From NCBI RefSeq assembly GCF_009914755.1, contig NC_060936.1: a DNA stretch of 64,000 nt; one strand, 5' to 3'. How positions within the stretch are numbered: position 1 is the first letter of the stretch; the number at the start of each line of letters is the position of its first letter. Made by a program: the position numbers and the translations under genes. The stretch is from the human T2T-CHM13v2.0 reference genome, Homo sapiens. The notes under the pieces are model-generated. The model did not search any database and was not told where the DNA came from. It was given only the letters and a program-made list of their open reading frames with translations. Positions 29,001 through 43,050 of this stretch are shown here, piece by piece.

Positions 29001-31450
29001 AGTTTGGAAACACTCTTTTTATAGGATCTGCAAAGGGACATTTCAGAGGGCATCATGGCCTATAGGGAAAATGGAATAACCCACGATAAAAAACAGTAAG
29101 AAGCTATCTGTGATACTACTTTGTGATGTGTGGACTCAGCTCACAGTGTTTAGCCTTTCTTTTGATTCAGCTATTTGGAAAAACTCTTTTTGTAGAATCT
29201 GCAAAGGGATATTTCAGAGCCAACTAGACCTATAGGGAAAAACAAAATATCCCACAATAAAATCTAGGAAGACTCTATCTGTAAAACTGCTTTGGGATGT
29301 GTGGATTCAGCTCACAGAGTTAAAACATTCTTTGATTCAGCAGTTTGAAAACACTCTTTTTGAAGAATCTGCGAAGTGACATTTCAGAACATAGTAAGGC
29401 CTGTATAAAAAAACTAATATCCCTACATAAAAATCAGAAAGAAATTATCTGTGAAACTGCTTCTGATGTCTGCATTCAGCTCCTAGAGTTAAACCTTTCC
29501 TTTTTTCAGAAGTTTGGAAACACTCTTTATGTAGAATGTGCAAAGAGACATTTTGAAGCACAGTGAGGCCTATATGAAAAAACAAATATCCTGTGATAAA
29601 AACTGTAAAGAAGCTATCTGTAAAACTACTTTGTGATGTGTGCATTCAGCTAACAGAGCTAAGCCTTTCTATTGATTCAGCATGTTGGAAACATTGTTTT
29701 TGTAGATTATGCAAAGGGACATTTCAGAGTACAGTAAGGTCTATAGTGAAAAACAGAATATCCTGCAATAAAAACTAAAAAGAATCTATCTGTGAAAATG
29801 CTTTGTGAGGTGTGGATTCAGTTCACAGAATTAAAACATTATTTTGATTCAGCAGTTTAGAAACACTCTTTTTCTGTATATGTGAAGGGACATTTCAGAG
29901 CCCACTAGGCCTATAGTGAAAAACTGAATATCCCATGATAAAACCTCAAAAGAAGCTATTTGTGAAACTGCTTTTTCATGTGTTGATTAAGCTTGCAGCA
30001 TTAAACTTTTCTTTTGATTCAGCACTTTGGAAACGCTCTTTATGTAGTATCTGCAAAGGGACGTTTCAGAGCCCACTACACCCTACAGTGAAAAACAGAA
30101 TATGCCATGATAAAAATAAAAGAACCTATCTTTGATACTACTTTGTGATCACTGCATTCAGCTCTCAGAGTTAACCTTTCTTTCTATTCCACAGATTGGA
30201 AAAAATGTTTTTGTAGAATCTGCTAAGGGTCATTTCAAAGCCCACTAGGCCCATAGGGAAAAATTGAATATCTTGCTATAAAATCTAGAAGAAAGTACCT
30301 GTGAAACTGCTTTGTGATTTGTGGATTCAACTTACAGAGTTAAAGTTTTCTTTTGATTCAACAGTTGGAAAACACTCTTTTTGTAGAATCAGTGAAGGGA
30401 CATTTCAGTGAACAGTAAGGGTTCTACCCTGCTATAAGAAGTAATCGGCTAAACTGCTTTGTTGATATGTGCATTCAGCTCACAGAGTTAAACCTTTCTT
30501 TTTATTCAGCAGGTTGGAAACATTCTTTTTGTAGAATCTGCAAAGGGACATTTCAGAGTGCTATAAGGCCTATATTGAAAAACAGAATATCCCTAGATAA
30601 AAAGTAGAAAGAAGTTATCTGTGAAACTGCTTTGTGATGTCTGTATTCAGCTCACAGAATTAAACCTTTCTTTTGATTCAACTGTTTCAAAACAATCTTT
30701 TTGTAGAATCTGCTAAGGGACATTTCAGAACACAGTAAGGGCTATAGTGAAAAACTAAATATCCTGGGATAAAAACTAGAAAGACACTATTGGTGAAACT
30801 GCTTCATGATGTCTGCATTTACCTTACAGAGTTAAATCTTTGTTTTGATTCAGCAGTTTGGAAACACTTTTTTTGTAAAATCTACAAAGAGACATTTCGG
30901 AGTGCAGTGAGGCCTACAGTGAATAAATGAATATCCCATGATAAAAAATAAAAATAAGCTATCTGTGAAACTTCTTGGTGATGTGTGTTTCAGTTCATAG
31001 AGTGAAACCTTTCTTTTCATTCAGCAGTTTGGAAACACTCTTTTTGTGGAATCTGAAAGGATATTTCAAAGTGCATTGAGGTCTACAGTGAAAAACTGAA
31101 TATTCTGAAATAAAAACTAGAAAGAAGGTGTCTGTGAAACTGCTTTGGGATGTGTACATTCAGCTCACAGAGTTAAAACTTACTTTTAATTCAGCAGTAT
31201 GGAAACACTCTTTATGTAGAATCTGCATAGGAGACACTTCAGAAGGCATTGAGGCCTGCAGTGAAAAACAGAATATCACACAATAAAAACTAAAAAGAAT
31301 CTACCTGTGAAACTGCTTTCTAATGTGTGGATTCAGCTCACAGAGTTAAACTTTTCTTTTGATTCAGCATGATTGGAAACATTTATTTTTCTAGAATCTG
31401 TGAAGGGACATTTCGAGGCACAGTAAGACCTATACTGAAAAACCGAATAT

Positions 31451-31459
31451 CCCCCCCCA

Positions 31460-31490
<31 letters not shown>
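31451..31490 (+). repeat. C8 run plus (CA)15 microsatellite inside an alpha monomer
   Basis: AATAT-CCCCCCCCAC-(CA)15-AATACTAGAA replaces the usual TATCCCACAATAAAAACTAG. Confidence 0.95.
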
Positions 31491-31492
<2 letters not shown>

Positions 31493-33532
31493 TACTAGAA
31501 AAAACCTATCTTTGAAACTGCTTTGTGACATGTTCATTCAGTTCACACAATTAAACGTTGCTTTTGGTTCACAGTTTGGGAACACTCTTTTTGTAGAATC
31601 TGCAAAAAGACATTTCAGTGCCCACTGAGGCCTATAGTGAAATACCAAATATCTTGATATAAAAACTAGAAAGAAACTGTAAAACTGCTTTGTGATGTGT
31701 GCATTCAGCTCCCAGAGTTAAATCTTAGTTTGATCCAGCTGATTGTTCACTCTTTTTGTAGAATCTGCAAAAGGACACTTCAAAGGGCATTGAGGTCTGT
31801 GGTGAAAACCAAACATCCTTTGATAAAAGATAGAAAGAAGCTATCTGTGAAACTGCTTTGTGATGTGTGCATTCAGTTCACAAAGTTAAACCTTACTTTT
31901 GATTCAGCAGTTTGAAAACACTTTTTTGTAGAATCTGCAAAGGGACATTTCAGAGGATATTGAGGCCTATATTGAAAAACTGAATATCCCACGATAAAAG
32001 CTTGAAAGAAGTTGTCTGTGAAACTGCTTTGTGATGTGTGGATTCAGTTCACAGATCTAAACCTCTCTTTTTAATAAGCAGGTTTGTAACACTCTTTTTG
32101 GAGAATCTGTGAAGGAACATTTGGGAGCCCATTGAGATCTATAGTGAAAAACCAAATTTCCCCAGATAAAAACTAGAAAGAAGCTATCTGTGAAACTGCT
32201 TTGTGATGTGTGAATTCAAAACTATTTTAGTAGGGCCTGCAAGGGGACATTTTGGGGCTCTATAAAGCCAAAAATGAAAAACAGAATATCCTGCAATAAA
32301 AACTAGAAAGAAGCTATCTGTGAAACTGCTTTGTAATGTGTGCAATCAGCTCACAGAGTGAAACCTTCCTTTTGATTCAGCAGGTGGGAATACTCTTTTT
32401 GTAGAGTCTGTGAAGGGACATTTTGATGCCCACTGAGGCCTGTACAGAAAAGCTGAATTACCCTAGATAAAAACTAGAAAGAAGATGTTTGTGAAACTGC
32501 TTTGTGACTTGTTCATTTAGGTCACAGAGTTAAACCTTACTTTCAATTCAGCAGGTTGGAAACTTTTTTTTGTAGAGTCTGTGAAGGGATATTTCAGAGC
32601 CAACTAAGGCCTGTAGTAAAAAACGGAATATCCTGAAATAAAAACTAGAAATAAGCTATCTTGAAACTGCTTTACAATGAGTGCATTCAACTCACAGAAT
32701 TAAATCTTTCTTTTGATTCAGTAGTTTGGAAACAATCTTTTTCTAGAAAATGTGAAAGGATATTTTGGAGGGCATTAAGTCCTATAGTGAAAAATCAAAT
32801 ATCCTGAATTCAAAACCAGAAAGAAGCTATCTGTGAAACTGCTTTGTGATGTGTGCAATCAGCTCACAGAGTTAAATCTTACTTTTGATTCACCAGTTTG
32901 TAAACACTCTTTTTGTAGTATTGGTGAAGGGATATTTTGGAGTCCACTGAAGTCTTTAGTGAAAAACAGAATATTTTGAAATAAAAAATAGAAAGGATCT
33001 CTCCGTGAAAGTGATTTTTGATGTGTGCATTCAACTAACAGAATGAAACCTTATTTTTAATTCAGCAGTTTGGAAACACCCTTCTTGTAGAATCTGCAAA
33101 GGGACATTTCAGATGACATTGAGGTATACAGTGAAAAACTGAATATCCCAAAATAAAAACTAGAAGAAAGATATCTGTGAAAATGCTTTGTGATGTGTGC
33201 ATTTAGTTCACAGAGTGAATATTCTCTTTTGATTCAGCAGGTTGGACACAATATTTGTAGAATCTGCAAAGGGACATTTCAGATCCCACTGAAGCCTATA
33301 ATGAAAAACCAAATATTTCTAGATGAAAACTAGAAAGAAGATATCTGTGAAACTGCTTTGTGATGTGTGGATTCGTCTCACAGAGTTAAACCTTTCTTTT
33401 GATTCAGCAGTTTGGAAGCACTCTTTTTGTAGAATCTGCAAAGGGACATTTCAAGTGCAGTAAACCCTATAGTGAAATATCAAATATGCCATGATAAAAA
33501 CTAGAAAAAAGCTTTCTTTGAAACTGATTTGT

Positions 33533-33852
33533 GGCCAGGCACAGTGGCTTATGCCTGTAATCCCAGCACTTTGGGAGGCTGAGGTGAGCAGATCATGAGG
33601 TCAGGAGATCGAGACCATCCTGACCAACACAGTGAAACCCTGTCTCTACTTAAAAAAAAAAAAAAAAAATACAAAAAAAATTAGTCGGGTGTGGTGGTGG
33701 GTGCCTGTAGTCCCAGCTACTTGGGAGCCTCAGGTAGGAGAATGACATGAACCTGGGAGACAGAGCTTGCAGTGAGAAAAGATTGTGCCACTGCACTCCA
33801 GCCTGGGCAACAGAGCAAGACTCTGTCTCAAAAAAAAAAAAAAGAAAGAAAA
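33533..33852 (+). mobile_element. Alu (AluY/Sc8-like), full length
   Basis: GGCCAGGC start; GATCATGAGGTCAGGAGATCGAGACCATCC and GAGCTTGCAGTGAG diagnostics; expanded middle A tract; A tail; TSD GAAACTGATTTGT (33520-33532) / GAAACTGGTTGGT (33853-33865). Confidence 0.95.
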
Positions 33853-33957
33853 GAAACTGGTTGGTGATGTGTGCAATCAGTTCACAGAGTGAAACATTTC
33901 TTTTGATTCAGCAGGTTGGAAACACTCTTCTTTTCTTTTCTTTTTTTTTTTTCTTTT

Positions 33958-34283
33958 TGCAGTTGCAAGCTTTAATAGAGTGAAGACAGAGCTCCCATAC
34001 AAAGGGAGGGGACCCAAAGAAAGTAGACATTGCCAGTTTGAATGTCTGGGTTTATAACCTGATCACTGACCCTCCTGCTGTGCTCTCAGACAATAGATGA
34101 TTGGCTATTTCTTTACCTCCAGTTTTTGCATAATTAGCATTTTAGTGAGCTGTCTTTACTATCTTTTTGGTTCGATGTGAGCTCAGTTGCAAGCCCCATG
34201 TTTAAAGGTGGAAGCAGTCACCTTGCCAGCTAGGCTTAGGGATTCTTAGTCAGCCTAGGAAATCCAGGTAGCTCTGTCTCTCA
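33958..34283 (-). promoter_or_regulatory. LTR17 U3-R only (326 bp)
   Basis: Starts TGAGAGACAG on the minus strand; TATAAA at 34051-34056; ATTAAA polyA signal at 33971-33976; ends CTTGCAACTGCA directly into poly(A). Confidence 0.88.
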
Positions 34284-34341
34284 GTTCCACCTCTCAAGAG
34301 GAAAACCCAAGTGCTGTTGGGGAGGTTGGCCAATGACCACT

Positions 34342-35501
34342 CTAAATGCTTCCTGCTGAATTGGAGCATAGTAGGGGTTGTGCAGTTGAGATTTCCTCAG
34401 GAGGGGTGGCTTCCATATCATTAACATCAGAGCATGGGCTAGAAGGCCAGTCCAGGAATCTGTGGTAGATTTTAGTCATGGATTGCATCTGGGGCTCCAT
34501 TTGAAGAATGATTTGTAGCTTTACAGCTCTGATTCTGGAAGAGACAAACTTAACAAGGAGGTTAAAGATACAGGGTCCAAAGAGGAGTAGCAATATTATA
34601 GCTACTAGAGGTTCTAAGAAGGGGAGAATCCAGGGCATCCATTGGATGGCAAGGCCCCAGAGTCCAGTGTTTTGAAGCTCCTCGGTTCTATGTTGTAATC
34701 AATCTCAAATTTCTTTAACTTTCTCAGTCATGATTCCAGATTGATTTACATAATAACAGCATTCTTGCCCTAATAATAAACAGATTCCCCCACTTTCAGT
34801 GGTTAGCAAGTCTAAAGCTCTTTGATTTTGAAGGACTACTGCTGCTAGGGAGTTAAGTTGAACTTGCAAGGTGACCAGGGAGTCAGTAACCCATTCCATG
34901 TTACCATTTAGTTCTTGAGATAGTTTGTAGTAGAACTGAGCAGAGGTTGTGATACTGCCAATGCCAGTACCTAGTCCGCCTAGCACTCCTGCTCCAATAA
35001 CAAAAGGAAGAATGGGTACTCTTTTGTTGCGGGGCTTAGGTACGTGATTGTATAAATCTTGTTCAGTGTAGATGGTCATGGGGACACTAAGAATGAGAGG
35101 AAGCACATAGATTCTGAAGAGCCATTCAAACAACGATAGGCTGAGGTACCACAGACAAAAAAAAAAGTATTCCTGAGGGTAGGCAGACTATTCGTGTGGG
35201 AGGAATTTCCCACCTGATTCATTGGGAGTTGATTGTCTCTAAAGTATTGCTAAATTTTACACAGGTGAAGTTTGATGTGTGGGTTACTCCCAGATTGGAA
35301 ACAGGGAGTCCTACTAAAATGGAAGTGGTGTTTATTACTGTGCTGAAGTTGTTCCATTGTTCAGGTACAGGGATTGAAATATATGGCCTGAAGTGCAGGG
35401 GGAGGCACATCCAACAGTAGGGTTTTGGGCTGAGACCTCATGGAGCCCAGTGAGGGTGGTATTAAATAGGCTTACCAGGTGAGCATGGGTACAGAGGGTT
35501 T
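34342..35501 (-). pseudogene. HERV-W env remnant (syncytin-1 family; 3' part of SU plus TM), disrupted
   Basis: ORF pieces: LVSLFNTTLTGLHEVSAQNPT; CLPLHFRPYISIPVPEQWNNFS; furin site RNKR, fusion peptide VPILPFVIGAGVLGGLGTGIG, ISD-like LQNQRALDLL, CX6CC (CLLLGQECC); TM and tail MPWILPFLEPL..NSAGSI. Frameshifts, a stop at 34705, and no N-terminus or signal peptide. Confidence 0.93.
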
Positions 35502-36869
35502 TAAGTAATTCCCATTGGTTAGCTGCAGGCAATAGTATTTTTCCTTCTTCAGTGGCTAGCCATCCTGAGGGGAGGAAACTATGTCTAATGAGGTTCCCCA
35601 TTCTATTTCTTCCTCTGAGTACTGGGGCTTGGTTTCCCAGAGGGGATTACACCATACTAGGGGTCATGTGGCTCTTTTGGTTTCAATATCCACTTGGTGG
35701 TTCCCTGCTATTTCCCTTTCCTTTCCTTTCTGATGACCCCAGCAGTATAAGACTGCCACATATTTAGGTTCCTGTACAGCCAATAATAATTTCCTAATGG
35801 CTTCCTGATGTTTGATAGGTGTTCCCTCAGAAGTTAGGAATTCCTTTTCTCTCTATATTGCTGCATGGGCATGGAGGACTAGGAAAGCCTACTTAGAATC
35901 TGTATATATGCATTTACCCTTTTTCCTTCTAATTCTAGTGCCCAAGTGAGGGCTATTAGTTCTGCCAGCTGAGCATTAGTTCCTGGAGTTAGGGGATTAC
36001 TTTCAAGTATTCCATTATCACTGACCACCACATACCCTGCTATTCAAAGTCGTTTTTCTACAAAGGAACTTCCATCAGTATACAAGTTGAGGTTGGGATC
36101 AGTGAAGGGATCCTCTAAAACCTCCCCTCTAGTGGTGTATGTTTGAGCAATCACTTGTTGACAGTTATGTTCTATCTTTTCTTTATTGTCTGGAAGAAAT
36201 GTAGCTGGGTTAAGAGTTGCACAAGTGCACATTCACAGCACTAGCACTTCAAATAATAGAGCCTGATATTTAAGTAAAAAGTTGTCTGACAGCCACAAGT
36301 CTCCTTTAGCAGTGAGTATGCTGTTCACATCATGAGATGTCCACACAGTAAGATCCCTTCCTTGTATTATTTTAACTGCTAAAGATACCTAGATTGTTAC
36401 TGCTGCCACTATCCATAAACAATGAGGACAACCCTTTGCCACTGCATCAATTTCCTTACTCAGGTATGCCATGGGTTCCAAGCTCATCTCTCAGACCTAT
36501 GTAAGGACTCCTGGAGCTATTCTTGTTTTTTTCTGTGACATATAAAGAAAAGTCTTGCCCTGTTGGGAAGCTTAACACTGGGGCTTAAGTTAGGGCCTTC
36601 TTTAGTGCCTGGAAAGCCTCTTCTGCTTCAGATGTCCAGCTTACTAAATGGGTATTGGCTGTCTGAGTTCCTTTAATTAGTGTATATAGTGGTGTGGCTA
36701 TTTTGCCGTACCTGGGAATCCATATTCAGCAGAAACCTGCTATGCCAAGGAACACTTTTAGTTGCTTTAGGGTTTCGGGATGAGGATAAGCCAGTATAGG
36801 CTGGATAAGTTACTCACAGAGGACCCTGGTGCCTTTGGATAATTTTAGCCCTAAGTATTTAACCTGCTG
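35495..36869 (-). pseudogene. HERV-W pol remnant (RT C-terminus, RNase H, start of integrase region)
   Basis: Translated fragments TCATLNPATFLPD..NLYTDGSSFVE (RNase H TDGS motif) and SFLPSGWLATEEGKILLPAANQW; multiple stops and frameshifts. Confidence 0.9.
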
Positions 36870-37121
36870 GGAAACACTCTTTTCTTACAATCTGTGAAGT
36901 CACATTTCCAAGCCCACTGAGGCCTATATTGAAAAACTGAGTATCTCTAGATAAAAACTAGAAAGAAGCTATCTGTGCAACTTCTTTGGGAATGGTTCAC
37001 TCAGTTCACAGAGTTAAACCTTACTTTTCAATTAGGTGTCTGGAAACACTCTTTTCATAGAATCTGTGAAGAAACATTTTCATGCCCACTAAGGCCTATA
37101 GCAAAATAAAAGAATATCCTG

Positions 37122-38149
37122 GGGGCGAGGAGCCAAGACGGCTGAATAGGAACAGCTCCAGTCTACAGCTCCTAGGGTGAACGCAGGAGAAGATGGGTGA
37201 TTTCTCATTTCCAAGTGAGGTACCGTGTTCATCTCACTGGGGAGTGCTGGACAGTGGGTGCAGGACAGTGGGTGCAGTGCACCATGCATGAGCCAAAACA
37301 GGGCAAGGCATCACCTCACCCAGGAAGTGCAAGGGGTCAGGGAATTCTCTTTCCTAGTCAAAGAAAGGGGTGGCCAATGGCACCTGGAAAATCGGGTCAC
37401 TCCCACCCTAATACTGAGCTTTTCCAATGGGCTTAACAAACGGCACACCAGGAGATTATATCCCACACATGGCTCAGAGGGTCCTACACCCACGGAGTCT
37501 CACTCATTGCTAGCACAGCAGTCTGAGATCAAACTGCAGGGTGGCAGAAAAGCTGGGGAAGGGGCACCCACCATTGCCAAGGCTTGAGTAGGTAAACAAA
37601 GCATCCCAGAAGCTTGAACTGGGTGGAGCCCACCACAGCTCAAGGAGGCCTGCCTGCCTCTGTAAGCTCCACCTCTGGAGGCAGGGCACAGACAAACAAA
37701 AGGCAGCAGTAACTTCTGTAGACTTAAATGTCCCTGTCTCACAGCTTTGAAGAGAGTAGTCGTTCTCCCAGCATTCAGCTTGATATCTGAGAACAGGCAG
37801 ACTGCCTCCTCAAGTGGGTCCCTGAACCCCGAGTAACCTAACTGGGAGGCACCCCCCAGTAGGGGCGGACTGACACCTCACATGGCCGGGTATTCCTCTG
37901 AGACAAAACTTCCAGAGGAAAAATCAGGCAGCAACATTTGTGGTTCACCAATATCCACTGTTCTGCAGTCACTGCTGCTGATACCCAGGAAAGCAGGGTC
38001 TGGAATGGACCTCCAGCAAACTCCAACAGACCTGAAGCTAAGGGTCCTGACTGTTAGAAGGAAAACTAACAAACAGAAAGGACATTCACTCCAAAAACCC
38101 ATCTGTACATCACCATCATTAAAGACCAAAGGTAGATAAAGCCACAAAG
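37122..38149 (+). promoter_or_regulatory. L1 5'UTR (sense and antisense promoter region)
   Basis: Lies between the L1 5' end and the ORF1 ATG. YY1 core reads CAAGACGGC rather than CAAGATGGC; most CpGs are decayed. Confidence 0.85.
37311..37574 (-). pseudogene. L1 ORF0 remnant with one premature stop
   Basis: MVGAPSPAFLPPCSLISDCCASNE*DSVGVGPSEPCVGYNLLVCRLLSPLEKLSIRVGVTRFSRC.. in a single frame; ATG at 37574, TGA at 37500-37502. Confidence 0.75.
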
Positions 38150-39158
38150 ATGGGGAAAAAACAGAGCAGAAAAACTGGAAACTCTAAAAATCGGAGCACA
38201 CCTCCTCCTCCAAAGGAACACAGATCCTCACCAGCAATGGAACAAAGCTGGACGGAGAATGACTTTGACGAGTTGAGAGAAGAAGTCTTCAGACGATCAA
38301 ACTACTCTGAGGTAAAGGAGGAAGTTCAAACAAATGGCAAAGAGGTTAAGAACGTTGAAAAAAAATTAGATGAATGGCTAACTAGAATAACTAATGCGGA
38401 GAAGTCCTTAAAGGACCTGATGGAGCTGAAAACCAAGGCTCAGAACTGAGTGATGAATGCAGAAACCTCTGTAGCCAATGTGATCAACTGGAAGAAAGGG
38501 TATCAGTGATGGAAGATGAAATGAATGAAATGAAGTGAGAAGTTTAGAGAAAAAAGAATAAAATGAAACAAACAAAGCCTCCAAGAAATATGGGACTATG
38601 TGAAAAGACCAAATCTACGTCTGATTGGTGTACATGAAAGTGACAAGGAGAATGGAACCAAATTGGAAAACACTCTGCAGGATATTATCCAGAAGAACGT
38701 CCCCAATCTAGCAAGGCAAACCAACATTCAAATTCAGGAAATACAGAGAATGCCACAAAGATACCCTCGAGAAGAGCAACTCCAAGACACATAATTGTCA
38801 GATACACCAAAGTTGAAATGAAGGGAAAAATGTTAAGGGCAGCCAGAGAGAAAGGTCGGATTACCCACAAAGGGAAGCCCATCAGACTAACAGCTGATCT
38901 CTAGGCAGAAACTCTACAGGCCAGAAGAGAGTGGGGACCAATATTCAACATTCTTAAAGAAAAGAATTTTCAACCCAGCATTTCATATCCAGCCAAACTA
39001 AGCTTCATAAGTGAAGGAGAAATAAAATCCTTTACAGACAAGCAAATGCTGACCGATTTTGTCACCACCAGGACTGCCCAAAAAGAGCTCCTGAAGGAAA
39101 CACTTAACATGGAAAGAAACAACCGGTATCAGCGACTGCAAAACATGCCAAATTGTAA
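38150..39158 (+). pseudogene. L1 ORF1p, disrupted
   Basis: MGKKQSRKTGNSKN..; KRPNLRLIGV; stop at 38447-38449 and further lesions; terminal GCCAAATTGTAA. Confidence 0.93.
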
Positions 39159-39221
39159 AGACCATCAAGGCTAGGAAGAAACTGCACCAACTAACGAGCA
39201 AAATAACCAGCTATCATCATA

Positions 39222-43050
<3,829 letters not shown>

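Larger units (their letters stand above)
33930..36869 (-). mobile_element. HERV-W (HERV17/LTR17) processed retrocopy, 5'-truncated within pol
   Basis: Minus-strand order: pol, env remnant, polypurine tract (~34284-34297), U3-R with no U5, then poly(A) (T run ~33930-33957). TSD GGAAACACTCTT at 33918-33929 and 36870-36881. These are hallmarks of L1-mediated retrotransposition of HERV-W RNA. Confidence 0.93.

Noticed and set aside
34342-35501. Functional syncytin-1 (ERVW-1)
   Set aside because: N-terminus deleted, stops and frameshifts present, ancestral tail retained, and structure is a processed copy rather than a provirus.
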